Positions 37,970 through 49,749 of a stretch of DNA of 64,000 bases are shown piece by piece; positions within the stretch are counted from its first letter, which is position 1; the number at the start of each line of letters is the position of its first letter. This DNA is from Mobula hypostoma (lineage: Eukaryota). A program made the position numbers and the translations under genes. The notes under the pieces were generated by a model. The model made no database searches. It was not told where the DNA came from and saw only the letters and a list, made by a program, of their open reading frames with translations. The stretch is taken from contig NC_086108.1 in assembly GCF_963921235.1 (NCBI RefSeq), forward strand, positions 52,268,001 through 52,332,000, written 5' to 3'.

Positions 37970-38600
37970 GTGTATTATCACCATCTAATATATGAAATTT
38001 GTTGAGTTGTAGCAGCATTACATTGCAAAGACATAAAATTCCTATAAATTACAAAATAAAGCAATAATGAGGTATTGTTCACAGGTCCATGGACTGTTCA
38101 CAAATATGAAGACAGAAGGGAAGAAGTTGTTCCTACATCTTTGAGTGTGGGTTTTCAAGCTTCTGTACCTCCTCCCTGATGATAATAACAAGGAGAGGGC
38201 ATGTCCTGGGTGATGGGGATCTTTACTGATGACTGCTACCATCTTGAATATGCCCTCAATGGTGGGGAGCGTTGCATTCATGACAAGTTGGTGAATCTAC
38301 ATCCTTCTGGTAATCCTGTGCCTTGGAGCTTTGATACCAGTCAGAATATTCTCCAGCATATATTTATAGAAATTTGCAAGGGTCTTTGGTGACATACCAA
38401 ATCTTCTCAAACTTCTAATGAAATAGAGCCACTGGCTTGCCTTTTTCATAATTGTATCAATGCTTTGGGCCCAGGACAGATTCTTGGAGATGTTGACACC
38501 CTTTCCACTGCTGTCACCTCAAGGATGAATGTTGCATGTTCTCCTGATTTCCCCTCTTGAAATCTATAATCAATTCCTTGGTCTTGCTGATGCTGAGTGA
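37970..38600 (-). mobile_element. Rex1/Babar 3' remnant
   Basis: KDPHHPGHALSLLLSSGRRYRSLKTHTQRCRNNFFPS. Confidence 0.8.
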
Positions 38601-40307
38601 AGTGGCCAGGTTGAAAACAGTCTATTTCGAAACAATAATTTTTCAACAAGTTCTATTTCAAATACACACTTGAACTAATTCTGAAGACTCAGGTTAACAG
38701 CATCTATGGAAAGAGAAGCAGACTTAATATTTCAAGTCAAAGAAACTTCACCAGAAAAAATATGGCAACGAGAGAAAATAAGGCAGTTTTAAATTGAGGT
38801 AGGATGGGAGGGGATATGATTTTGAGATCTGGAATAAAATTTACTGTTACAGAATTGGTGAAAAAAAAACTTCTTTCAACTTGTGCTTCTTAATGCATGC
38901 AGCCCTGTATTACAGAAAATCACAAACTAAACTGCAGTTGGAAAAATATGGTCTGCTGTAATTTCTTGAGAGAACATCATTATTTGATGTATGAAACATG
39001 GATAGGAAACTTTAGCAGGATATGGATCAAATGGCGACAGATGGAACCAGTTTAGATGGGGATCTTGCTCAACATGAAGGAATTGAGCCAAAGGGCCTAT
39101 CACAGTGCTGTATGACTCTATGGCATTTAGCTACCCTTGCAAGTGGCAATTCAATCCAGGTGAGAGACAAAGAAAGCACTGTGAGAGAACAGAAATAGAA
39201 AATTCAATGCAAATACGTGAAAAATAGATATTAATCTACAGCATTTCAATTTAGTTACAGAGAAAAAATAGCAAAACTATTCTTAGAAAAAATAGTCCAT
39301 TTGAAAAAGGCAATTTAGCATTCGTATTAGAAATAAATGGGCCTAGAAATTCCTTTGCATAACTCAAAGATAAATGGTGAAAATCAGCTCAACCTGGATT
39401 GAAGTATTATTTTGCCTATTTCTGGGTCTCACCACTTGGGAAATTTGTTTCCTGACTTTTGTCTGATCTTTTTAAGTGGTTTTCCCAAATAACTTGTACT
39501 GTTGTGCAATTTGCAAAATTTGTTTCTACTGTGATTTTTTCCCCAACATCACTGCCATGAAAAACAATTACTGTTCACTCACACAACAACAGGATTTTAA
39601 CTCAGCTTCCTTTCAAACTATTTTAAAGGGCCAACACTCAAATTGTATTGTTTGTCCAGTTACCTGAAAACAGATGTAATCTCAAATTCAGTGTGCACCT
39701 CGACTCCTTTGACCATGGTACTCCTAGCTTTCCAACCTGAAGATTATTCCTCCATCCATTGCAGTTTCTTGCCCTCTGCTGCATTAAAGCTATCACCCAA
39801 GCTCCATCTTAAGGATAGTAGGCTTTTCCCACAGTGCACAAAGGCAGGTCTTGTAAATGCTTCCCCAGTCTGTGGGCTTTTATAGACAATGCTAATATCT
39901 TTACAAGGATGTCAGTGATACTCCTGCCAGATCCACCTTGCTGGAGCTTCGAAGGTATCTGTGCCTCCTGCACAACACGTAATGTTTAGAGCCTGATCTT
40001 CTCCTCACCATTATTGTGGTATCTATCCACTCAGCAGCAGCACTACTTAGTAGCTGTAAGAATGTTGCTTCAGTGATGGGTTTTAAAAACTGGCTGAAGA
40101 AACAATATCTGAAATCTTAAATGCCAGCACCTGTGACAACTGTTAATATATCAGATAGACAATATTGACACGTGGTATTATACTGTTCCTTTCATTTCAA
40201 GATCTTACTTTTTATAAACAGTATTGTGACCTGCTCTAGGTCAAGAATTAGAGGAATAAATAAAGAGTAAATTCATAATTTTAAAATATATCTATTTCCC
40301 CTCTCAG

Positions 40308-40541
40308 TTTATTCTGGAGGTGTTCAACATCATGCTGGTGGGCACCACGCCTTTGACATCAGCGACTTCCTGATGGAAATCAGAAGCCTTCGGATTCAGC
40401 TGGAGCACAGTATTCACACCAATGGCTGCCTGCAGAAGCAGCTGAAGGAACAGATGGATGAACATCAACCAGCCAGTCTCAATACCACTCATTTGACCTC
40501 ATCAGCCAATGAACATATGATCAATAAACAGCTATTCCAGG
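40308..40541 (+). CDS. PDE4DIP: Myomegalin exon (234 nt, phase 1-1): ...DFLMEIRSLRIQLEHSIHTNGCLQKQL...NKQLFQ
   Basis: cccctctcag acceptor, G|gtgagg donor, conserved motif. Confidence 0.92.
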
Positions 40542-41737
40542 GTGAGGCCAGTGGATAGATAGAAAGACCTTCCATTTCCCTCCAAAAATACTTTACTTGG
40601 AGTTTACCAAGTTTTGGGAATTTTAGACAAGAAATTTATCAAATCTTTCCCCTTTAATTGGTGTTAGTCTGATCATTTTTTACATTTATATTCACAATAG
40701 ATCACAGCAAAAATCAGAAATATAAAATACTAGTGTGTTCTTAACACCATTGCATTCTTAGCAACTTTAGGCCTAATGCCAGGCTTCCTTGGAGAATATC
40801 TGAAAAAAATGCACCTTTTTAATTCACCTGGTTACATATTGTGAACCTTAACTTACTTGCATATGGTGAGAAATGCAAGTTGTATTTTTTAATGGTAAAT
40901 CTAAAGAACAAAATTTACCATAGTTTATCATCTTTATAATTCTTGGATCTAAATTACTTCTCTCACACAACAATTTAATGCTTGTTATGTAAGAGTTGGA
41001 AGTAGAAACTTTTTGCCAATGAACAAACTTCCTCCTTGATCCAGAAATGTTCTGAAGTTTTTTTGAGCATGGAAAGCAGATGTGACTACAAGGAACCAGG
41101 CAGAAATAAATAATTTAATTTAATTTAAAATAAAATCTCTTTCCCTTTACAGCTATGGTATTGCTTTGACTTAGCTGTAATCAGTGTGATCTTAAGGCAT
41201 GCAGGTATCCTAAGTAAATAATATCTTTTCCCTTAGATCTATTATTCAAAAGCTTGCTACTAAGTAGAAATTGCCTGGAAATATTGCAATAACTCTGACA
41301 CTCTAGATTGCAACAATTTACATTAATTAAATGATTTTTTTATTTCTGAGATTCCAATCAAGTCACCATGGGTTGACACCCTTCAATTGGAGATAGCAGT
41401 ATATCTCATGACACATTACTGATCTTAATATAGATTAGGGTTGCTAGCATTGCTAGAGGAGCCCTTAGCTTGCCTCATACCAACTGGGCAGAGAGAAACT
41501 TGGATAGAAAGATCAAAAACCTGGCCTTCCGGTCTTAAGCAATTAATATGGAGTCAGATGCTCAGGTAAAATGGTTAGAGATCTTATGATCTGATACTTT
41601 ATCTGCATCATTGTTTTAAAATAATTATTAAGGTTTCTTGTTATGTCAGTTAATAAATAATATTATTGCTGATCCTGTTCTGACAAAAATATATTCACTT
41701 GTTTTCTGATGTTTTGTGTTGTTTGTGAACTGTGTAG

Positions 41738-41854
41738 ATTGTGTGCCCTCACCACCTGTTCGAGACACTGGTACGTTTTCGTCTTTTCAAATGCACTCCA
41801 AGGCAGCTTCCTCTGTGGTAGATTCTAATGTGGAAGACACATCACAGCAGAATG
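41738..41854 (+). CDS. PDE4DIP: Myomegalin exon (117 nt, phase 1-1): DCVPSPPVRDTGTFSSFQ...SQQN
   Basis: tgtgtag acceptor, G|gtaagt donor, SPPVRDxG motif. Confidence 0.88.
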
Positions 41855-42387
41855 GTAAGTTTATATCCTCTGATATCCTTTAACATGTCTGTTTCCTCGT
41901 CTGTTATTTGCCTGACACCTTGTCTATCAACTATCAGTTTACCTGTTGCATTTTGTCTTTGTCCAATATATGTATCTGTTGTCTCTCTCTCTCACCTCTG
42001 TTTAACTCCTGTCCCGCCTGCTTATAACTTTATAGTGATCTATGTGTGCTGTGAGTGTGTCACTTTAGATTTTGATGCTACATTCTTTGTAAACTATCCC
42101 ACTGATTTTAATTTTACTTGGATTATTTGGTAAATAATTTGTTGCCATGATTTTAAAATCATTCAAATAAGGATACAAGAGAAAAAGTTTTAAGGAATGA
42201 ATCTGGTTGAGTGGAAAGGGTATCATTGTGAAGACATTATGGAAGCAACGATCCTAATTCAGTTAAATTTACCATAATTGTGGGAAAAAAGACAAGGGTA
42301 GTGCAGGAGTAACTCTTCTAAACTGGGCTAAGATGAGGTGTACTGGGGCAAAAGTTATGATTTAGCAAAAGTCAACTAGAAATTGTA

Positions 42388-42600
42388 CCAACACAAAATG
42401 CTGAAGGAAATCAGGTCAGAGAGCACCTATGGAGAGGAATGAACAAACAACATAAAAAGAAAGAAAAGGAGAGTATACCTTCCGCTCCTTCCCCTCCCCG
42501 CATCTTCTTATTCTGGCTTCTTCCCACTTCCCTTCCAATTCTGATGGAGGGTCTCGGCCCAAAATATCAACTGTTTACTCCCTTCCATAGGTGCTACCTA
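42388..42600. mobile_element. Inverted pair of Penelope terminal fragments; decayed hammerhead on + at 42536-42573
   Basis: caaaatgctgaaggaa... (minus) followed by ctgatggagggtctcggcccaaaatatcaactg (plus). Confidence 0.7.
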
Positions 42601-43534
42601 ACCCTGGAACCCACTGCCAGGGGATGTGCTGGAAGCAGGTATAACAGCAATAATTGTGCAAGTTGAGAAAAAGCAAAGAATTAAAGCAAGGTTAATAACT
42701 TGCACTTCCATGGAAGCAAATATGACAGCAATAATTAAGAGGCATTTTGACAGACACATGAACAGGCAGGAAATGGAGGAATAAAAAAAACATGTGCAGT
42801 TTAAAATGGTGTAATGGATGACACTGACATTCTGGGCTGAAGATCCTACTCCTGTGTTATACTGTTCTAATCTGGACTTAAATGTAGACTGCAGTTAATA
42901 AGTTTGATATTGATACCAAAATTGCTAGGGTAGTTGATAATGGGAAAGAAAATTCAGTTATTAGTGGACTAATAGGGTGAGCACAAAGGAAGCAAGTGGA
43001 AATTCAAATAAAGAAGATAGTGTATTTCAGAAGGCAAAACAATGCAAGGGCGAACACCTTAAGTTGTCATATACTAAGAAATCTAGAGGAATAGATCACT
43101 GAAGGGAGTAGGACTAGTGATTTTTAAAAAAAAACCTGAGTATTTGCCTGTATCAGCCAGAGCACATATGATTATCTAAGTGCAGGAAGATCATGCTATA
43201 ATTGTTTAAAATAGTAGTTATGTGCCACAGTTCTGATAACTACATAGCAGAGGAGTGATGTGCAGAGGTGATTTTAAGGATGTTACCACCACTTTCTGAT
43301 GTGCACCTCCACTTTTAGCCTCTGTTTCACAATTGCTAATTGTGACTTCAGCTGCTTAGCTCCATGTTCTGAAATTCATCTAAAGTCATCAACCTTTACA
43401 CTACTCAAACTACCTATTTTGGCCAAACCCTTCCTAATATCTCTTCCCCTATGTACAACTACCTTTATCTTGCAATGTTTTCCTTTGTTAGAGATGCACT
43501 GTGCATTAAAACTCTGGTACCTTTTTCATTTTAG

Positions 43535-43761
43535 ATGTTTATCTCAGTGATTCCTTGAGCCACATCTCCTGTTCCCTAATAGATGACAAGCTTCCTCATG
43601 GTTCCTTTGCCAAGAAAAATGGATCTCATGTGATTGGGCACATTGATGACTACAATGCCCTCCAGCAACAGATTATGGAGGGCAGAATGCTGGTTCAAAG
43701 GATGGAGTCTATTGTCCAATCCTGTGTCAATGCCGCCTTTTTGGAAATTGATGGATTCAAG
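43535..43761 (+). CDS. PDE4DIP: Myomegalin exon (227 nt, phase 1-0): GSFAKKNGSHVIGHIDDYNALQQQIMEGRMLVQRME
   Basis: ttttag acceptor, AAG|gtaact donor, highly conserved family motif. Confidence 0.94.
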
Positions 43762-44109
43762 GTAACTGGAAAAACAAGAAATTGCTTATCACATTGTTAT
43801 CCAATACATTGAATTCCTAAGTCATCATTATAATTGCGTATTGAGCACATTTGAGCTGTGTGCTAAAATAGTTAAGTTTAGGCGAAGATGATTTGATACT
43901 TCTCAGAGAATAATGGTTCCATAAAGAAAGAAGAACATCAAATCTATGCCTAATGAGTTTATACAACTCAGTTGTTGATTATTAATATTCCTTCTAATTT
44001 TAAGAGCTCTAAATATATAAAGTCTGGCTGTAAATTAGGACAAGAATTTTGTGTGTAGGGAAAGATAATCTCAAAATTTTATCTTTTATTTGCAAATTTA
44101 CCTGTGCAG

Positions 44110-44250
44110 CATTTGGATCATCAGACAGTCAAGCAGCTCTTCTCCAATACCAATACACTGCATCAGATCTTGAATGAAACGTGTTCATTGCTAAAAATGT
44201 TTTGGAGAACTACTCTGCCAAATCCAGACAGTGATGTACAAAATCAAAAG
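44110..44250 (+). CDS. PDE4DIP: Myomegalin exon (141 nt, phase 0-0): ...LHQILNETCSLLKMFWRTTLP...
   Basis: tgtgcag acceptor, AAG|gtaagt donor, LLxMFWR motif. Confidence 0.93.
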
Positions 44251-45004
44251 GTAAGTCTCTCAGACGAGCTTAATATGAACATTATACAATTATAGTTATA
44301 CAGTTGTTGTGCAGTGGAACTGAAGATTGCTTTATTCCTCTATCATGCATGTAACCTCTTTCTAAAAATGTTCTTTTTTGTCCTTTCCTCAAATGGGATT
44401 CCACAATAGACCATTCCTTTAAGTAGGTGAGAAGACTAATTTACAATAATTAATCTGAATTGTGTATCAGTGTTCTTCATCCTCCATTTTCAGATGTATT
44501 ATACTGTTAAAAATATTAGCACTGCTCATTTCTGGAAAATTCTGGAATTTATCAAGCTTGTTTTTGCAATAGTCATTTCATTATTGTATTGTTCTCAATG
44601 TTTCACTACACTATATCATTCAGAGCAGCATTCAAATGTTAGCATCATAACTGAATAAAGCACTGCAACAACTTTCTAGCAGAGACTAATCTCCAAAACA
44701 ATGATGAATCCTAAGGTCAAAACATCTGGTAGTCTTCTTTGAGGTGGATATTGCATTTCTTCCCAAGGTCTCAGCCTTTTTCCACTGTAATTCAGTGTTA
44801 CAATGATTTATATAGTGTAACAGTGCCGCTCATGGTCAGAAGTGTGGTCGTTTACTGAATGATCTTCCTGTAATTAAATCTATCAATGTTACTCGTGTCG
44901 GAAGCACTAATCCTGATCAATAGATTGTTGGAAGGCAATTCAAAAGTGATCCATGTTCAGATCCTCATTCAAATACGTCAAGATTAAATCATTGACACAA
45001 GAGG

Positions 45005-45625
45005 TACTACAGGTGCTGGACATCTAGAGCAATATGCACAATATGCTGGAGGAGCTCAGCAGCTCAGGCAACATCTGTGAATTGGAAAAACAGTCGACTC
45101 TTCAGGTCCAGACCCTTCATCAGGACTAGAAAGGAAGGGGGAAGAAGTCGGAATAAGAATTAGGGGGAGGGGAGGAAGTAGTACAGGTGGCAGATGACAG
45201 GTGAAACTGGGAAATTGGGAGGGGGAATCTGATAGGAGAGGACAGAAGACCATGGAAGAAAGGGAAGTGGGAAGAGCACCTGAGGAAGCTGATGGGCAAG
45301 TAAGAAGAGAAGGTGTGAAAGGGAAACAAGAATGAGGAATGGTGGAAGAGAGGATGGGGGCGGGGGGCAATAACCAGAAGGTCCAGAAATTGATGTTCAC
45401 ATCATGTTAGAGGCTACTCAGACGGAATACAAGGTGTTACTCCTCCAACCTGAATGTGGCCTCATTATGGCAGTAGAAGAGGCCATGGACTGACATGTCA
45501 GAATGGGAAGTAGAATTGAAATGGGTGGCCACCAGGAAATCCTGCTTTTTGTGGCGGATGGAGCGAAGGTGCTTGACGAAGTGGTCTCCCAATCTATGTT
45601 GGGTCTCACCAATATACAGGAGGCT
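45005..45625 (-). mobile_element. Penelope-like element 3' fragment (GIY-YIG C-terminus plus pLTR with hammerhead motif)
   Basis: Minus strand LLYIGETQHRLGDHFVKHLRS...ATHFNS; terminal TAGTC-CTGATGA-AGGGTCTGGACCT-GAAGA-GTC-GACTG. Confidence 0.88.
45091..45128 (-). ncRNA. Minimal type-I hammerhead ribozyme motif (partly decayed) in Penelope terminus
   Basis: Stem I TAGTC/GACTG, intact CUGAUGA core, short stem II, GAA, GUC cleavage triplet; GAAG in place of GAAA. Confidence 0.6.
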
Positions 45626-46239
45626 TAAGATTAAATCATATCAATGAAAATGGGTGGCAAGAGAAACAGGGAGGAATACTTCTATCTTACAGTAGGATTT
45701 ATTTGTTCCATACTCAAAAAGCATTGTTAATCACTCACAGGATGCCAGAAAGGTCCTAAGCAGAACAGAAACTTTAAGGACCAATTTGTATGTACATTAA
45801 ATATTACCATTAGCTCCATGCTGGCACTCTCACTTTTTGAGGCAAAAGGACATTGATACAGGTCCTCCTCCAGAGCACAAAATATAGCTTGATGATCTGT
45901 ATGGAATTAAGCAAGAGCTACATTCCCAATGGGATTCTTCTTTCATATCACTTTGCAACAGTCCACAGTCCCTGCAAGCTTCAAGGCTGTCATCATTGTT
46001 CCAGTGCCCAAGAGAGCAATAGTGACTGACCAAGACAATTGCTGTTTATCTGTGCTGCACACTACATGTACTTTGAACTAGGTTGTATTAACTTAATTGT
46101 GGTAATCCTTTGTTTTATGTGCTTTGTGTGATACATGTTTTGTGGGTGCACCACGGCCCAGAGGAATGTTGTTTCGTTTGGCTGAGTATATATACAGATG
46201 GCAGTAAATTTGAACTTGAACTACATACCAAGTCAAAGC

Positions 46240-46485
46240 TGTCTACTGTTTCTCGTGGGCATAAAAGTTCCAACACAAACCTTGACAGATCAGTTCCAAC
46301 TAAAATAACTAAACCAAATGAACTGATCATTATCACATTATTTTTAAAAGGGATTTTTTGTGCAAATTGTCTTGTTTCCTACAATTACCACAGTAACCAC
46401 TACATTTCAGAAGTACTTAATTGGTTGTAAATGCATTGGTATATCATGAGACCTCTTAAAGATAGCATCTAAAAGCAATTCTTTT
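46240..46485 (+). mobile_element. Deu-SINE 3' remnant
   Basis: gatcattatcacatt...tgtgcaaattg...actacatttcagaagtacttaattggttgtaaatgcattgg. Confidence 0.55.
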
Positions 46486-46593
46486 AATTACAAGGAGAAT
46501 TCAGCCTGTCATACAATTTGTGTTGAAGTATTTGCATATTATAACATTCATGCAGATTCCATTCCTGGGGTAAATATCTTGTGGTTATTGCAG

Positions 46594-46723
46594 GATCAGG
46601 AAGAGATTTGCAGACTGAGGAATAAAATAACAGAGCAAGAAAATCTATTGCAGAATGCAATCAGTCGCCTAAAGGCTACTAACCAAGTGAAAGAAGGAAT
46701 GGAACAGTTCATTGTCAGCCAAC
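46594..46723 (+). CDS. PDE4DIP: Myomegalin exon (130 nt, phase 0-1), first part of centrosomin motif 2 (CM2)
   Basis: ttgcag acceptor, C|gtatgt donor; LRNKITEQENLLQNAISRLKATNQVKEGMEQFIVSQ. Confidence 0.93.
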
Positions 46724-47980
46724 GTATGTTGAATCAATACCTAACAACACATCATATTTTGATTCCTAATTGAAAAAGAATGCCTGTCATTCAAAAGTGT
46801 TATTTAATCTTGTTAGTATGTCTGTTTGCCACTTTGCTGCTAAGGCAGATTGGACTGTGAACATATGTTAAATAATTCTTTCTTTGAATTTGTGTGAAAT
46901 ACTAAATTGACTGTGTAATTGAGAAAGATTGCAGTAAATTTAACCCCCCTTATTGCACTGGACTTTTAGCTTAACAAATGTGGGATCAATTGCAGGTGAC
47001 AAATCTATTCTCGAGGCAAGCCATGCCTATTTTTTGTGCATTTTCTGTAAAATAAAACTATTGACGAGTATTCTAATGCATTACAAGAAGACTGGATCTA
47101 TCTGTAAAGTGCTATTACATACTCCTTTGAGACCAAGTGATGCCACACTTCTTTCAGATACAGCAGACTTTCCTGTAAACTTAACCCCACCTTCATAATC
47201 TTATTTAAGCATTCATCCATCACTAAACCAAGATCTCCTTCGTGTTCTCCAATTTCTCACGAAATATGCATTACTCCTCCTGCTCTTTCCTCTTCATTAC
47301 TGACCACCCACCCCCATCACTTCTACTTTAGCTATCCACAAAACTTACATAATCCTTAGCTGTATTCTTTAATGGTCCAACTATTCTTATACAGAGGCTG
47401 ACTTCCATGTGTGGAACCTCTCTAGAATTTTAACTCCATACCATTTATGCAAAGCAACCTGACTACTGCACACCTCTTCCACAGCACCACACAATCACCA
47501 CTCCTTTACAGTACTTTACCCTGAGATCTAGGGCTCAATTTCAGGAAAGTTGCTGCCTTATGACCTGAATACATTGGATCAGAAAGTGCTTCACTATTAT
47601 CAACCAAGGAAGAATTTTATTGAAAGTCATCTACCATAAATTGTTCATTAAACCCTTGCATAGGCCTTCAAAATTATACAAGCATTATCCTATTTAACAT
47701 TAACTCATATAGACGAAGCCTTATTTACTACTGAAGTGACTGCCACTCTTTGCTGAGGAAACTAATATAAGTTAGGGCAGCAAAATATACTTCTCCTTTT
47801 CTAATCACCACCTTGAGTGTGTATACCACCTTGCATATAAACCAGTCTCTGCCCTGATCTGTAACCAGTGATTCCTGCTGGAAGGTGACAATATGCAGAA
47901 GCTTTTTGTTACAATGTTTTCTGACATGCTAGATCAATGAAAATACTGCATCTGATAACAACAAAACTTATGTTTTACAG

Positions 47981-48027
47981 TTACAAGGACACATGATGTT
48001 TTGAAAAAAGCAAGAAGTAATTTGGAG
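47981..48027 (+). CDS. PDE4DIP: Myomegalin exon (47 nt, phase 1-0), end of CM2: LTRTHDVLKKARSNLE
   Basis: ttttacag acceptor, GAG|gtaagc donor; near-invariant CM2 motif; too short for the ORF track. Confidence 0.95.
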
Positions 48028-49272
48028 GTAAGCTTTGTTGAAAACTGTGTGAATTTATTAATAATTAACATATAAATACAAGTATGTTTACTTTTTCTGA
48101 TATACTTTGCCAAGCATCAGCCAGGGCACAAACCCTTTTATAGACTATGCAAAATCTTAGATTTGAGTATTATTAGCAAAATAGTGCATTGTAATCTAAT
48201 AACTTTGAAGCATTCTTTTCATCCAGAAGTGAAGCAGCAGTACATTCCCATCCGGTGACAGTGGAGACACAGTGGTTATAACTAGGTACCAACAGGGGAA
48301 GATTAATGAATCAGAGAGCAGAGTTCAAATCCCAACTATAGAATTTAACCATTGTTAATTATTTGGGAATTTTAAAATTATAAACTAGTAATATTGGTAT
48401 TAATGACCACGAGACCACTGAGTTGCCATTAAAGCTTATCAGGTTCACTAATGTCATTAAGGCCACCACTCTTATCTACTCTGGTTACACAGAACTCCAG
48501 ATAATCAGCAAAGTGTAGCATCTTCCACTGATCTGTCGTGCTTTGCCTCCCCAAAATGACCCTGCATTTACCTTCCATAATATATGATAAAAAATGAGAG
48601 CAGTTCACTTACATGGGCCAATCATAGGAAAATCAGAATGCTACAAAGACATTTCAGTTTAAAGTGAAGAACTGAACCTCATACCTTTAAACTGCATGCC
48701 AGGTACGTACAGCCAATGGCAGGAGAAGGAATTATTATTTAATAATTGTGACTCTACAGAGTTTTTGCTCAGGTCATTTTCTTTATTTCTAATGGAAAAG
48801 GGACTCAGAGCTTGTTATCCATTGTGAGGCTCTGTATCTAAATGATCTAGTGTGTTTTTCAAGTGTTAGTGTATTGTTCTTTAATCAAAATCATTCACTG
48901 CTCTGATGTCTGCTACATTGAAGGATGGTGGGCTATATATCCTCAACCACTGAACCACAAAGAGGGAATTCAATTCGAATACCCACTGTTCATTGCTATT
49001 CAGTGACATGTTGACTATATGTAGAGGTGCAAAGGCCTCTCCAACTGAGCATTAACAAATTTTAAGAATAGATCTTTGGGTGAAGCATCAAAGGGCTACA
49101 AAGAATATTACCCCAGCATAAATCACAAAGAGCTTTTGTAAGGATAGGAAATTGAAGGGGGTGATGTCCTTGCTCAGACAGGATGGAGATAGATGAGCAT
49201 TTAAAGTTATTGTTTCTCCTTTCTGACCTTCTCTTCCCTATGTGCCTTTGTCTCTTTTGTGAGTCCGTTCAG

Positions 49273-49324
49273 ATGAATGATTGCACAATTTCTGATGCTA
49301 AAACCTCCCCAAATGACAACAAAG
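49273..49324 (+). CDS. PDE4DIP: Candidate post-CM2 exon (52 nt, phase 0-1): MNDCTISDAKTSPNDNK
   Basis: About 50-nt pyrimidine tract ending ttcag, G|gttggt donor, open in phase 0. Confidence 0.55.
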
Positions 49325-49431
49325 GTTGGTAATAATGTATTATTATTAGCATGTGCTATGAGAGATCAGATAGCCTTTGTCTCTTTGCTGACTGCTAACA
49401 CTGCTACCAGTAAAATTGTTGCATGTTTTAG

Positions 49432-49493
49432 GTCTGTTGCCTGCAACTGTCTCATTTACATCTAACAGTTTTCATGCTCCTCCATACAAAGAT
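49432..49493 (+). CDS. PDE4DIP: Candidate alternative exon (62 nt, frame-shifting): GLLPATVSFTSNSFHAPPYKD in phase 1
   Basis: ttttag acceptor with ctgac/ctaac branch-like motifs upstream, GAT|gtaaga donor. Confidence 0.45.
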
Positions 49494-49749
49494 GTAAGAT
49501 GCTTATCAACAACATAAAATGTTTTCTTTATGGCTAATATCAAGAAATTATTATAAACAGATAATTGGATGACACAGGTTAAACATGGTTTTTTTAGGTC
49601 GGCCAGAATACCAAACACTATTATATACATACAGTCTATCGCAGATGCTATATTATCATTGGGCTATGGGTGGAAACCTAAGGACATATTAGGACAGTGT
49701 TTGCTGAATATTAGTGTAAAAAAATGGTAGAGTGTGTTCAGCCATTTAA

